Below, in pieces: positions 50,782-61,623 of a stretch of DNA of 64,000 nucleotides. Numbering within the stretch: position 1 is the first letter of the stretch; each line of letters opens with the position of its first letter. The stretch spans positions 832,001 through 896,000 of the forward strand of contig OY776215.1 in NCBI GenBank assembly GCA_963675495.1, in the 5' to 3' direction. Origin of the DNA: an uncultured Methanolobus sp. (GTDB lineage: Archaea > Halobacteriota > Methanosarcinia > Methanosarcinales > Methanosarcinaceae). The notes beneath the pieces were generated by a model, which made no database searches, was not told the origin of the DNA, and saw only the letters and a program-made list of their open reading frames with translations. Position numbers and translations under genes: made by a program.

Positions 50782-51792
50782 TTATGCGTAGAATTCGTTT
50801 CTTGCTTCGACCATTGCTTTGAGGTTTGCAACTGGAGTGTCAGGTGCAATTCCACAGCCTGGTGCAAGTACATCAACGCCGTCTTTAAGAGCTTTTGTTG
50901 CAGCTGCTTTAACAGTTGCCTCGTCACCTGCAAGAAGAACAAAAGGACTTGAAACGTTACCACAGATAGTAACCTTGTCGCCGACCTTTGCCTTTGCACC
51001 TGCAAGATCCTCTACCTTCTCTTCAATACTTATTGATAGGAAGTGGCAGTCTGCCATCATTTCAAGGATTGGTGTTACATCGCCACAAACGTGGAGAATC
51101 ATTGGACCTTTTACACCATCAGCGAATTTCTGAAGGAATGGCTTGAGGAGTTTGTCAAATGTGTCTGGTGACATCAGGTCAGGTGAGGCTACTGGGTCTG
51201 GTACACTGACAACATCTGCGCCTGCATCGAAGAGTGCATTTGCGTACTCGATACATGCATCGCATGCGAAGTCAAGAATTGTGTTGAAGTCTTCTGGCTT
51301 TTTGATTGACCATTTCATGAACTTCTTTACACTTGCGAGGTCAGATGCGAGGGTAACTGGACCTTCCATACCTGCAATTATAGGTACTTCATCTCCTACT
51401 TTTTCCCTGATGATCTTCATTGTTTCAAGTACAGTAGGAATTCTGCCTACACTAAGGAGATTCTCTGGCATTGCAAGATTGTCAACGCCCTTTGGGTATG
51501 GGTGGTCGGTAACTGAAGGCTGTCTGTTCTTTGTGCCCATGTTGACTTCGCAACCCATTGCTTCTGCAAGTACTGTGAGACAGTATGGAGCTCTTACACC
51601 CTCAAGACCACATACTTCGTATGATGCGATTGCAAGGTCTGCCATCATTTCTGCATTGCTGTGTGCTTCTGGCCATGCTGCACCTGTCTGGTCCATGAGC
51701 TCAACAATAGCGGACTGTGTTACGGTCAGAACTGGAACTTTGTCAACTTCTTCGCCTTTTAATGCTTTGAGTAATCTTTCTTTCATGTTCAT
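50782..51792 (-). CDS. mtaA: Methylcobamide:CoM methyltransferase
   Basis: PYCLTVLAEAMG, LHVCG, LAPGCG; located in the methanol cluster. Confidence 0.88.
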   Translation of the reverse strand: MNMKERLLKALKGEEVDKVPVLTVTQSAIVELMDQTGAAWPEAHSNAEMMADLAIASYEVCGLEGVRAPYCLTVLAEAMGCEVNMGTKNRQPSVTDHPYPKGVDNLAMPENLLSVGRIPTVLETMKIIREKVGDEVPIIAGMEGPVTLASDLASVKKFMKWSIKKPEDFNTILDFACDACIEYANALFDAGADVVSVPDPVASPDLMSPDTFDKLLKPFLQKFADGVKGPMILHVCGDVTPILEMMADCHFLSISIEEKVEDLAGAKAKVGDKVTICGNVSSPFVLLAGDEATVKAAATKALKDGVDVLAPGCGIAPDTPVANLKAMVEARNEFYA

Positions 51793-51840
51793 AATGAATC
51801 CTTCTCTGTTGAGTAGATTTAGTCACCCTGATTTAAGTGA

Positions 51841-51970
51841 CATCAGATATAAAACTATTGGATTGGAATTATTAGATTAAAGCTGAGGGATGCAGAAAAC
51901 AAGGAAAATGATAGTTTGAGAAATCATCTGATATAAATCTGTTGGATTAAACAATTAGATTAAAGCTAAG
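51841..51970 (-). repeat. Imperfect ~47-bp tandem duplication containing TATA boxes upstream of mtaA
   Basis: 51841 CATCAGATATAAAACTATTGGATT..ATTAGATTAAAGCTGAG vs 51925 CATCTGATATAAATCTGTTGGATT..ATTAGATTAAAGCTAAG. Confidence 0.75.
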
Positions 51971-52132
51971 AAATTAAGAAAATGAGATTAAATGGGCTTG
52001 AGTAGCATACATAAATTAATCGGCATATGCCAGCAGATTTTAAAAAATGACTAAACAATTAAAAAAATCAAAACAATTGATTTAAATAAAAAAATAATTT
52101 GAAAAGCATTAAAATCTATTGAATACTTTTCA

Positions 52133-52318
52133 TTACTTTTTCTCATCGCTCCAGATAGCAATGATCTTGTTAATAGCAATGTGCGTGTACATATCATTGT
52201 CCTTTATGGTCAGAACACCATCAGCACATGCTTCAACAACACCATAGAATCTGTCAGGTCCACCACAATAGATATCGATCTTCTTTTGCAGGTAATGTTC
52301 AACTATGAACGATTGCAT
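52133..52318 (-). CDS. MM0924-family small protein (Sm-like fold)
   Basis: MQSFIVEHY...IYCGG...ACADGVLT...IAINKII; GGAGG RBS. Confidence 0.7.
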   Translation of the reverse strand: MQSFIVEHYLQKKIDIYCGGPDRFYGVVEACADGVLTIKDNDMYTHIAINKIIAIWSDEKK

Positions 52319-52429
52319 ATTTAGCCTCCCATCTATAAAACCATAGGTCAAAAAACCCTACACATTTAAATTTTGTACTTTTTTTATATTAACATTATCT
52401 ATTCGTGTAGACTTACAGATAAGAGCAAT

Positions 52430-55261
52430 TCAACTCCAGAATCTCTTATTCTTGGCATAGTTTCTTTCAGCAACCAGTATGTCACGGTAGAAAGCCTCCT
52501 CATTATGGCGCATTTTTTGTATCACCCTGGTTGCCATTTCCGGCCCTACACCCCTGCTGGCAAGTGCAATAGCTGCCATCTTCCCATGGGTCATAACAAT
52601 ATTGGCATTTCGGTAGACTCTTCTGATACGTTTGATATCCTCCTTTGAAGTGACCTTATCCTGTTTTTTCACCAGCTTTATCTCTTCCTCCTCCCAAGGC
52701 TTCAAAGCAGCCACAAGTCCTGAATCACAAACCGGGCATATTATTTTGTCAGGAACATTTTTTACTTTTCTTCTTGAGGTCCACTTCTTACAATGAACAC
52801 AGAAAAGTATCAGATTGTCATTCATGATACGCTCCTTCAGCGCCATGACAATTGACCTGTCAGCCTTTTCAGGTGCTACAAGGTCACGTTTCATGGAAAA
52901 ACCAGAACTACCTATTGGCGTTGAACCACTGACAACAACAAGAATATCCCCCGAGGAAAGTCTTGTAAGAATCTCCGTAACCCTTTCCACATCCAGCATG
53001 TTATGGAATATTTCCCGTATGACCTCATCATACATAGCAGTGTTACGATATATCTCAAGAAGTTTCTTCATGCTTATTCTGTCGTAATCAAGATTCTTGC
53101 TAAGAGCACCGAACTTCCTGGCAACATGTACCATCTTCCACTTCATCAGGGAAGTGTTCTTCAGGGTCATCTCAATGATAGGTTCAATATGTTCCGGCTG
53201 GATATCTTTCAAAAGAACCTCAATCTCCTTTGCCTTGATCCTGCGTGGAAGTGTCATCCTTATCCTGTAAGGATCGATCTCCTGTGCAACACTACTTCCA
53301 TATCTTGCAGCAAGCAGGGAAGTGAGGACTTTTGCCAGAGTCTCATTTGCATTATGACCTAAGCATGTGTTTATAAGAACAGCATCACCATCGTTCTCTA
53401 TAACGAACATATGTTGGTCAGGCATCGGATAACCACCCTCTACATGATCTCTCAAGACAGAAAGCAACTCCTCCAGACCTTCCGGTTCCAGAGGGTAAAC
53501 AGAACAAACCTCTTTTGAGATATACTCATCATCTTTTCCATCATGGATCATACCCGCAACAAAAGAACGAATGTGAGCTACTTCCTGAGCAACTTCGAAT
53601 GGCACAGGTATCTCTTCACCAACCCAGCTTGGTATTTCCCCCATACCTCTTACAGGTTCGACTTTTATCCTGTCACGGTCACTGACCATCTCAATGACCC
53701 GCCACATATCACCCTTGGTAATGAAAACAGCACCGGGTGTTGCAAAATTAATAACAAATGCCTCATCCAGAACACCAACCGACCTGCCAGTGACAATATC
53801 AAATATTTCGTACTTCCTCTCATCAGGTATCATAGAGAGATTCTCATAATAGTATTGCCAGCTTTTTTTTCTGCGACTGATGGAATCCGAACCTTCTTCC
53901 TGCCATACCATCCGATAATCCAGTATCTGACTGATTACCTTTCTGAGAACCTCTATCCGCAGGTCTTTGAAAGGATATGCACGTTTCAGGATACCATATA
54001 TCCTTTCTATCTCAACTTCCCCGAAATCAAGGACCATTCCTGAAAGCTGATTAGCCACCACATCAAGGGAATTCATGTGAGGGGAAATAGACTCGACTTT
54101 CCCTGCCTGAGCCAGTTTGCAGATAGCCATGCTTTCTGCAACATCATCTGCATCCATGGAAATTATAGTACCCCTGGATATCTCATGTATCCTGTGTCCT
54201 GCACGTCCCACACGTTGCAAGAGCCTGGAAACCTGCCTCGGTGAACCATACTGGACCACATGGTCAACATTACCTATATCGATACCGAGTTCCATTGATG
54301 AAGTGCATATCAGACCCCTGAGGTCACCATTTTTGAATGATTCCTCTGCCTCAATACGCGAATCAACTGAAAGGGAGCCATGGTGAACGCCAATTGGAAG
54401 TTCCAGCATATTGAAACCCGCTGCCAGAGCTTCAGCACTTTGTCTCGTATTTACAAAAACAAGAGTAGACACATTGTCCAGGACTATATCCCTGACACAA
54501 CGTAGATGTGCAGCGAACTGGACATCACAAGCCAACTTCTTCGAAAGTTGCACATCATCTTCTGTTACCTGCGGGTTCACTACACTGAACTCCAGAAGCT
54601 TGAGCATGGATACCGAAACTACGGAAACCTCCCTCTGTGACCCTACAAGGAATTTTGCCACTTCCTGCGGATTTCCCACAGTTGCTGAAAGCCCGATCCT
54701 CTGGAACTCACCTGAAAGCTCTACAAGTCTTTCAAGACCGACCGCAAGCTGAGTACCCCTCTTGGAAGAGGCCATCTCATGAATTTCATCTACAACCACA
54801 TGGGTTACATATGATAGATTTACCCGCAGACGCGAGCCTGTGAACATTGCCTGCAAAGTTTCAGGAGTAGTTATTAAAAAATCAGGCGGCTTCTTTGACT
54901 GCTTCTGCCTCTCGTACTGGGAAGTATCACCATGTCTTACCTGCACATCGATACCAAGCTCTTTCCCCCACCATTGGATACGCGAGAGCATATCACGATT
55001 AAGAGCACGGAGCGGAGTAATATAAAGAACTGAGATCCCAATTCTTTGCTCCTGGGTCTTGGCAAGTATAGCATGAAATATCGGGAGAACTGCCGATTCT
55101 GTCTTACCAGAACCAGTAGGTGCAATCAGAAATGTGTGGTCACCCCTGAGTATGTAGGGAAATACCTTTTCCTGTGGTTCAGTAGGAGCCTTAAAACCCT
55201 GTTTTTCGAGGGCATCCTGTATCCGTGGGTCGAATGAATCAAAAATATTGCCAAAACTCAT
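52430..55261 (-). CDS. lhr: Lhr-family ATP-dependent helicase
   Basis: [35 protein letters not shown]-terminal CxxC pairs. Confidence 0.9.
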   Translation of the reverse strand: MSFGNIFDSFDPRIQDALEKQGFKAPTEPQEKVFPYILRGDHTFLIAPTGSGKTESAVLPIFHAILAKTQEQRIGISVLYITPLRALNRDMLSRIQWWGKELGIDVQVRHGDTSQYERQKQSKKPPDFLITTPETLQAMFTGSRLRVNLSYVTHVVVDEIHEMASSKRGTQLAVGLERLVELSGEFQRIGLSATVGNPQEVAKFLVGSQREVSVVSVSMLKLLEFSVVNPQVTEDDVQLSKKLACDVQFAAHLRCVRDIVLDNVSTLVFVNTRQSAEALAAGFNMLELPIGVHHGSLSVDSRIEAEESFKNGDLRGLICTSSMELGIDIGNVDHVVQYGSPRQVSRLLQRVGRAGHRIHEISRGTIISMDADDVAESMAICKLAQAGKVESISPHMNSLDVVANQLSGMVLDFGEVEIERIYGILKRAYPFKDLRIEVLRKVISQILDYRMVWQEEGSDSISRRKKSWQYYYENLSMIPDERKYEIFDIVTGRSVGVLDEAFVINFATPGAVFITKGDMWRVIEMVSDRDRIKVEPVRGMGEIPSWVGEEIPVPFEVAQEVAHIRSFVAGMIHDGKDDEYISKEVCSVYPLEPEGLEELLSVLRDHVEGGYPMPDQHMFVIENDGDAVLINTCLGHNANETLAKVLTSLLAARYGSSVAQEIDPYRIRMTLPRRIKAKEIEVLLKDIQPEHIEPIIEMTLKNTSLMKWKMVHVARKFGALSKNLDYDRISMKKLLEIYRNTAMYDEVIREIFHNMLDVERVTEILTRLSSGDILVVVSGSTPIGSSGFSMKRDLVAPEKADRSIVMALKERIMNDNLILFCVHCKKWTSRRKVKNVPDKIICPVCDSGLVAALKPWEEEEIKLVKKQDKVTSKEDIKRIRRVYRNANIVMTHGKMAAIALASRGVGPEMATRVIQKMRHNEEAFYRDILVAERNYAKNKRFWS

Positions 55262-56130
55262 TTTTTAGCTCCCTTTCTTTTTCTTCTTGAGGGACGCATC
55301 TTACTCGCTTCCAGCTTCCTTATGTTCTTCAGTTTCCCGAGATTTGTTCCGTCCAGAAGATATGCTTCTGCATTGTCAATGTCCACGCTTTTTGATGAGA
55401 ACAGAGGACCAAGCAGGTCATCATGCAGAGATTCATTGAAAGCAACACCACCACATAGTTCATTGAACGATGGTATGACGATCAACTCAGGGTCATTCCA
55501 GTTGCCATTTTCTTTTTCCAGCTCAAGGCTGGTGAAATGTCCTTGCAGTACAGATAGGTTCAGATGTGTCCTTATCCAGCTTTGTTCTACGGTGGCATAC
55601 CCCAATGAATCAGTTAAACGAATGGTAGGATGATTGTGAGCAGCGATTATGTATTTTGTGCTGAGCAAAGCCGGGTCAGGCCAGGTATGCCCGTGGAAAT
55701 ATCCCACACCCTCTATTACAGAACCACGTACAGGATGTACGGTTATATTCTTCCTTTCCGGCAGCAGGTATTCGATGCCACCATCATGATTCCCCGGAAA
55801 GATATCCACCATTGCATGGTCGCAGAGCACTGAAAGGAAATAGGGGATCTCATCCCGTTCCTGCCAGGATATCTGGGGAACATTGTGCTTCACATCACCA
55901 AGCAGGATTATCCGATCAGGGGACACTTTGTCTATGTAGCCGAGAATCCTCTCAAGACCGTGTTTCATGCGACTTGGAATCGAAAAGCCACTTCTATAGA
56001 GATCCCACTCAATTCCTAAGTGTACATCGGCAATTATCAGTGCCTTTGTATCGTTGCTTACAACAAGTGCAGGTTCATCAATAAGAGGGTCTATTTTGAT
56101 TGTCATTGTTACGGAAGATCGATTTGTCAT
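55258..56130 (-). CDS. Lhr-associated metallophosphoesterase
   Basis: ADVHLG, GDVKH, GNHD, HGH, HNHP; overlaps lhr start. Confidence 0.88.
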   Translation of the reverse strand: MTNRSSVTMTIKIDPLIDEPALVVSNDTKALIIADVHLGIEWDLYRSGFSIPSRMKHGLERILGYIDKVSPDRIILLGDVKHNVPQISWQERDEIPYFLSVLCDHAMVDIFPGNHDGGIEYLLPERKNITVHPVRGSVIEGVGYFHGHTWPDPALLSTKYIIAAHNHPTIRLTDSLGYATVEQSWIRTHLNLSVLQGHFTSLELEKENGNWNDPELIVIPSFNELCGGVAFNESLHDDLLGPLFSSKSVDIDNAEAYLLDGTNLGKLKNIRKLEASKMRPSRRKRKGAKK

Positions 56131-56647
56131 TTTCAGGCGATCATGGAAGAAGGAACATTAACCCCTTCCATGATGGTCAGCAGTTCCCTGACCATTATTG
56201 ACATCTCACATTGCTTTGGATCAAAACTATCGAATATTGAATCTATTGTTGTAAGTTATACGACATTTAAGTATTATTATATTATGTAGCGCTGATCGTA
56301 TAGAACCAGAATACTTGCATACAAGAGACTATCAAATTAGATTTTTGATCTAAACCCTGTTTCTTTTTATCAGGACCTGGTTCAAGGTTCCTCACAAGCA
56401 AGGAAGATAAAAACAAGTTATAAAGTACCCAAGAAATCATCCACCAACTTAGCAGGAAGTGCACTTCTTATATGACAATATTTATATGTTTGTATCACTA
56501 TTGGAATAACTGACACCACACAAAACAAAACACAAAAACAGAAGTTGGTGTGAATGCTGAATTGATCGGATACTAAAATCTTAATCTTAATCTTAATGCC
56601 ATGCAGAAAAATAAGATGCTGCTCAAAGATCTATCAGAAGGAATGAT

Positions 56648-57883
56648 ATGAAAACAATTGATGAAACAATGAGTATATACCAGATCTTAAGTGAATATCC
56701 TTTTTTACTCAAAATATTCAAACAGCATGGAATGGAGAAATTTGAAAGAAAGGATGTCCTTGAAAAACTTGGTCCATTTCTTAAATTGAGAACAGCCCTG
56801 TCAATGGTATCAGTGAATAAGGATTCTTTCATTGAACTTCTGAATCAGGCCATTCTGGATAGTGAAACAAAGGGAGATTTTACCCTGGCAGATTCCCCGG
56901 AACGACAAACAGAGTTGACCCTTCTTGCACTTTTACCCTGTGGAATGAAGATGCCTTTTAACCGTGCACTTGATGCCTTTTCAGCTGACTACAGCAAACA
57001 AACAGGTAATGTGCTTCACTCTCTGGTAGAAGGCAATGTCAATCACGAGATCTCTTATTATGCCTACATGGATTCAGTTACATCAATAGAAGAACTGCCG
57101 GACATAATTATCAGTTCAGACATAAACAGCTTCTATCACAAGCCATTCCAGGAGAATTTCCTTAGTAAGGAATATTTCGTAAATCTTGCCGTATCTCCTA
57201 TGAACAGTGATTTTGAATCTATTGGTTTTGCCGACCCACGAGACCAGTTTACCATGATATCCGGAAATCTTCTTGTTCTGGTTACAATAGATGAGCTCAT
57301 GGAAGGTAATGCCAGACCGGAATCCTGGGGAGATATCTTAAAAGATGAGTTCAGGAACAAGGTCGTTATGAGGGGACAGAATGGCTTTTTCTGTAATGGT
57401 GTGCTGCTCCCGTTCTACCAGATGTACGATATTGAAGGAATGAAGAAACTCGCTTCATCGATATATGCAGGACTCCACCCATCTGAGATGGTCAAAATGA
57501 TAGATAGCAAAAAAGATGATGTAGCACCCATGTATATCATGCCTCACTTCTTTGCCATGAAGATCAAGGACAAAAACAGAGTAACGATTACCATACCTTC
57601 AGAAGGAGCTATTGTAAGTCCTGTACAGATGCTGGTTAAAAAGAGTGCAACTGAGCGTGTAAAAGAGATCACCGATTTCCTTTGTGGAAAGAAGTTCGGA
57701 GAGATATCTGCCAAGGCTTTTTTCCCGACAACGAATCCTGAAATTAAGAATAAACTTGAAGATGTTGACTCACTCTACTGGGTGGGCTGGGACTTCCTGC
57801 TGGATAATGACATCGGAGCACTCAAAAAAGAGATCGCAGAGGTATTCAACAAGCAGTTCATGTTAACCGGAGGTGTTGTGTGA
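56648..57883 (+). CDS. Substrate-binding-protein-like protein without signal peptide (DUF1858-like N-terminus)
   Basis: No N-terminal hydrophobic segment; PESWGDIL, PSEGAIVSP SBP-type motifs; LLPCG. Confidence 0.7.
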   Translation: MKTIDETMSIYQILSEYPFLLKIFKQHGMEKFERKDVLEKLGPFLKLRTALSMVSVNKDSFIELLNQAILDSETKGDFTLADSPERQTELTLLALLPCGMKMPFNRALDAFSADYSKQTGNVLHSLVEGNVNHEISYYAYMDSVTSIEELPDIIISSDINSFYHKPFQENFLSKEYFVNLAVSPMNSDFESIGFADPRDQFTMISGNLLVLVTIDELMEGNARPESWGDILKDEFRNKVVMRGQNGFFCNGVLLPFYQMYDIEGMKKLASSIYAGLHPSEMVKMIDSKKDDVAPMYIMPHFFAMKIKDKNRVTITIPSEGAIVSPVQMLVKKSATERVKEITDFLCGKKFGEISAKAFFPTTNPEIKNKLEDVDSLYWVGWDFLLDNDIGALKKEIAEVFNKQFMLTGGVV

Positions 57884-58575
57884 GACTTGTTACTGTAGCA
57901 GGTCCACCTTCATCAGGAAAAACCAGTATCATTATCAAGACCATTGAAGAGCTAAGACACAAGGGTTTCACAATAGGTGTGGTGAAATTCGACTGTCTCT
58001 CGGCTCAGGATGAAGAGCTATATTCGGCTCATAATATTCCCGTCAGGACCGGTCTTTCCGGCGGCCTCTGCCCTGACCATTTCTTTGTCAGCAACATCGA
58101 AGAGGCCTTAAAGTGGGCTGAAGAGAGAAAGTTCGATTTCCTGGTCACTGAGAGTGCCGGCCTCTGCAACCGCTGCTCCCCCCATATCAAAGATGTTCTG
58201 GCAATCTGTGTCATCGATAACCTGAGCGGGGTCAACACACCTAAAAAAATCGGTCCTATGTTAAAACTTGCAGACATTGTTGTTATTACCAAAGGAGATA
58301 TCGTCTCCCAGGCAGAGCGTGAGGTCTTCGCGTACAGGATCAGGCAGGTCAATCCCGGAGCAATGATAGTTCATATCAATGGTGTTACAGGACAGGGTGG
58401 TTTCTACCTTGCAAAACTGGTGGAGAAGACCTCATCAGTTGAAACACTTCAGGGAGCCACACTTCGCTTTACCATGCCCGGAGCTCTGTGCTCGTACTGC
58501 CTTGGAGAGAGGAAGATCGGAGATGACAGGCAGATCGGTGTTTCAAAGCTGGTGAATTTCAGAGGAGAAGATTAG
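57880..58575 (+). CDS. HypB/UreG-like GTPase with Cys clusters
   Basis: GPPSSGKT, LCPDH, ESAGLCNRC, TKGD, CSYC. Confidence 0.85.
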   Translation: MRLVTVAGPPSSGKTSIIIKTIEELRHKGFTIGVVKFDCLSAQDEELYSAHNIPVRTGLSGGLCPDHFFVSNIEEALKWAEERKFDFLVTESAGLCNRCSPHIKDVLAICVIDNLSGVNTPKKIGPMLKLADIVVITKGDIVSQAEREVFAYRIRQVNPGAMIVHINGVTGQGGFYLAKLVEKTSSVETLQGATLRFTMPGALCSYCLGERKIGDDRQIGVSKLVNFRGED

Positions 58576-58576
58576 A

Positions 58577-59590
58577 ATGCGGACAGAGATGCTCCACACA
58601 AAAATATATGTGCTCATGAAGATGATGCCCTGGATAGAGGATTACTTCTCCTCATTTGCGATTGACCCTACACAGTTCGGGGACAAGAAACTGGAAGAGC
58701 TGGGCTTAATACTCGGTGATGATCATTTTGTAGAGAAAGGTAGCGATTATCAAAGCTTTATTGATGGTTTCTTTTTATTCATCGAGCAGGTAAGGACCCT
58801 TCAACAGGGAGGTGGCTTCACAGTTGAATCCCTGACTGTGCTCCCGGGACGAAACAAGAATGGTGAGAAAGAGGCATTTTCGGTAGAACTGAAAAAAGGC
58901 GAGGTTACAGCAATTGTTGGTCCCACAGGATCAGGCAAATCACGTCTTCTGGCTGATATTGAATCTCTGGCTCAGGAGGATACACCCACCGACCGCAGAA
59001 TACTTGTCAATGGCCGAGCCCCGGATGACGAGGAACGTTTCTCAACCGAGGGACGTTTTATCGCACAGCTTTCACAGAACATGAACTTTGTCATGGACCT
59101 CAGTGTAGAGGATTTTCTTACCTTGCATGCCGAGAGTCGTATGGTTGATGAGATATACCACATCGTTCAGAAGATATATGATACTGCAAACATTCTGGCA
59201 GGAGAAACTTTTAGCAGGGAAACACCTGTTACAGAACTTTCAGGAGGACAATCACGCGCCCTGATGATTGCAGACACCGCACTTCTCAGCCCGGCATCTG
59301 TCGTCCTTATCGATGAGATAGAGAATGCCGGAGTCGACAAGATAAAATCCCTGGAACTTCTGGTAAGCAATAACAAGATCGTTCTGATCAGTACTCATGA
59401 CCCCCTGCTGGCACTGTCGGCAGACCAGCGAATGGTCATTCAAAATGGTGGTATCTCAAAACTTCTAAAGACAACACCGGATGAGAAAATGCACCTAAAT
59501 AGTCTTGAAAAGATAGACATGAAGATAACTCATCTCCGAAACCAGTTGAGAACAGGTGAAGAGATAGACCTGAGTGATCTTCTGGTATAG
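58577..59590 (+). CDS. ABC-type ATPase with no adjacent permease
   Basis: GPTGSGKS, LSGGQ, LIDEIE, STHD. Confidence 0.85.
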   Translation: MRTEMLHTKIYVLMKMMPWIEDYFSSFAIDPTQFGDKKLEELGLILGDDHFVEKGSDYQSFIDGFFLFIEQVRTLQQGGGFTVESLTVLPGRNKNGEKEAFSVELKKGEVTAIVGPTGSGKSRLLADIESLAQEDTPTDRRILVNGRAPDDEERFSTEGRFIAQLSQNMNFVMDLSVEDFLTLHAESRMVDEIYHIVQKIYDTANILAGETFSRETPVTELSGGQSRALMIADTALLSPASVVLIDEIENAGVDKIKSLELLVSNNKIVLISTHDPLLALSADQRMVIQNGGISKLLKTTPDEKMHLNSLEKIDMKITHLRNQLRTGEEIDLSDLLV

Positions 59591-59779
59591 ATTGGTTTCA
59601 TTGAGATTATGACTTATACAAGAATCGTCGAACAAAAGGAAATAATCTATAATACAAAAGTTTGTATTGTATAAAAAAGCTTATTGAAGCTGAGGAGCAT
59701 TTTATTCTGATGCTTACGTTAGGGAAAGGTTGGAATTGCAGGAAACAAACCTTTTAACCGATATAATTAACATTATTAT

Positions 59780-60223
59780 ATGAATTACAAACACACCCAA
59801 ACAGGATATTTTTTAATAATTGTCGCGTTTGCGCTTGTCTTGCTCTTTGGATTCATTTTAGAAGCATCAGGTTTTGATCCAATTATTTTTGCTGTTATGT
59901 TACTCATTGTCTTAATTTTAATTTCATTCACAACGCTTAAAGTCACGATCGATGAAACTCATTTACGAATAAAGTTTGGTTATGGAATATTCTGGAAGAG
60001 ATTTCAGCTTGATGAGATAGTTTCAGCAAAGGCAGTAAAGAACCACTGGTATTATGGTTGGGGGATAAGATTATGGCTATGGCCTAAAATGGTGATCTTC
60101 AATGTTTCAGGTTATGATGCAGTTGAGATTAAGATGAAAAGTGGTAAAATATACAGGATAGGTACAGATGAACCTGAACAACTGGAACTTGCGATCTTAC
60201 AACATCTTTCCACTCATAAGTAA
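59780..60223 (+). CDS. Membrane protein, 2 TM plus PH-like domain
   Basis: YYGWGIR...IGTDEPEQL. Confidence 0.65.
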   Translation: MNYKHTQTGYFLIIVAFALVLLFGFILEASGFDPIIFAVMLLIVLILISFTTLKVTIDETHLRIKFGYGIFWKRFQLDEIVSAKAVKNHWYYGWGIRLWLWPKMVIFNVSGYDAVEIKMKSGKIYRIGTDEPEQLELAILQHLSTHK

Positions 60224-60279
60224 GATTTGATTTATCCCAGTCCACTATTTGCATTGGAAATATCTTCGGACCGTGAAAC

Positions 60280-61155
60280 TTAATCAGATGTCTCACTTTT
60301 GTTCTTACTCTTCTTGATGAGATCATCCCTTGCTTTTGGATACCATGAATCGATAATTTCGGTACTGCCCTTTGCTATTGAAACTTCTGCATCGAACTCT
60401 TTTGCGGCGGTTGAGACATTGCCACGGAAGTCTTTTTCGAAATGCATCCCGGTATCTATCTGTACTATTCTGCCAATTTTTTCGCTGAAGAAGGAATTAC
60501 CGTTCTTTCCTGATATGTCCTGGGTTATTTGTTTTGAGAAATCCCATTTGGCAGCCCACATAGGAGTGAAAAATAGCGTTCCTGTACCACGATATTTTTT
60601 GAATAGATCATCATATACCTTATTACCACCAACGGCTATGCTTACGCAATCGTCTACTATCTGACCGTCTTTATCTGTTGGAACATATAGTTCACATTCC
60701 AGCCCTTCCACGACCTTATCAATATCCCTAAGAGCATTGCCGCAGAGACCATAGAAAAGGAATATGCCGTCTGAAAAACGGGACATTTCAATGATCTGTT
60801 GCTCTACACTATTTCTAAGGAGATGATGGTCGTTATGAAGACCACGATCCATTATTTTAACAACATAGAGCAAATCAGATGAAGAACCTAAAGAGCCTAG
60901 AATTCGGGATAGAATACGACTGCGAGGTTTTTCTTTCTTTATACTTTTATTCTTACTCTTATTGTCCACAAAATCATCGATCTTGTCAATAGGAGTCTTT
61001 GAAAATGGAATATTGAGCAGGCGGAGCTTTTTTGCAAGCCCCATGGATGCAATGTCATCAATGAGAACTATCCTGCTCTTCTGCCTGTGTTCCGAAAGAA
61101 CATGAGTGATCTCATCTTCAAGTATCTCACAACCGATAAGACTTATAACTGGCAT
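60280..61155 (-). CDS. DUF1638-domain protein
   Basis: CEILEDE, GLH, LFYGLCGN, VDDC...GG, FFTPMW. Confidence 0.8.
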   Translation of the reverse strand: MPVISLIGCEILEDEITHVLSEHRQKSRIVLIDDIASMGLAKKLRLLNIPFSKTPIDKIDDFVDNKSKNKSIKKEKPRSRILSRILGSLGSSSDLLYVVKIMDRGLHNDHHLLRNSVEQQIIEMSRFSDGIFLFYGLCGNALRDIDKVVEGLECELYVPTDKDGQIVDDCVSIAVGGNKVYDDLFKKYRGTGTLFFTPMWAAKWDFSKQITQDISGKNGNSFFSEKIGRIVQIDTGMHFEKDFRGNVSTAAKEFDAEVSIAKGSTEIIDSWYPKARDDLIKKSKNKSETSD

Positions 61156-61337
61156 TTTTTCACCAAGCTGAAACGTTATTGATCATGCACAAAACAAATC
61201 TTGATATTAGCGTAAATGTTACTGAACGAATCAATGTATGCAGTACATGCAAATATACTTAATCTAAGTTTTATAGGGATTTGGAATACTGGAAAGAAGC
61301 ATGTTAAAACAGTACCAGAAGATTAATCCCTTCCATT

Positions 61338-61544
61338 GTGTCCTCTTTGGTAATATACATCCTGATCTTCGCTGTCATCTCACCCCTTCTCCCCATGATG
61401 GGAATAGATTTCATTACCATCCTGAGCGCCTCCATTGTAACACTTGACAAGTTGATCCGCATCGCCAATATGTGGATCGGAAGGTTTGAAGTGTTTACAA
61501 TCTTAGCAAGAAGAATTTTGAGGGTAGTAAGCTATTTACTTTGA
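61338..61544 (+). pseudogene. TrkH potassium-uptake protein C-terminal fragment
   Basis: IANMWIGRFEVFTIL resembles the TrkH C-terminal motif; rest of the gene absent. Confidence 0.6.
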
Positions 61545-61554
61545 ACTCTCATGT
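61464..61554 (+). repeat. 91-bp direct repeat, copy 1
   Basis: 89/91 identical to 62909-62999. Confidence 0.9.
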
Positions 61555-61623
61555 TAATAAAAAGTTGGAGATGTAGAAAGGATGGCATTCAATCTACTTA
61601 TTAGCAAATAAGTTCCAATCAAC

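Noticed and set aside
52430-56130. Lhr helicase plus metallophosphoesterase as a novel defence system
   Set aside because: A known, widely conserved gene pair linked to DNA repair
56577-56597. (AATCTT)3 microsatellite
   Set aside because: Too short in AT-rich intergenic DNA to imply phase variation
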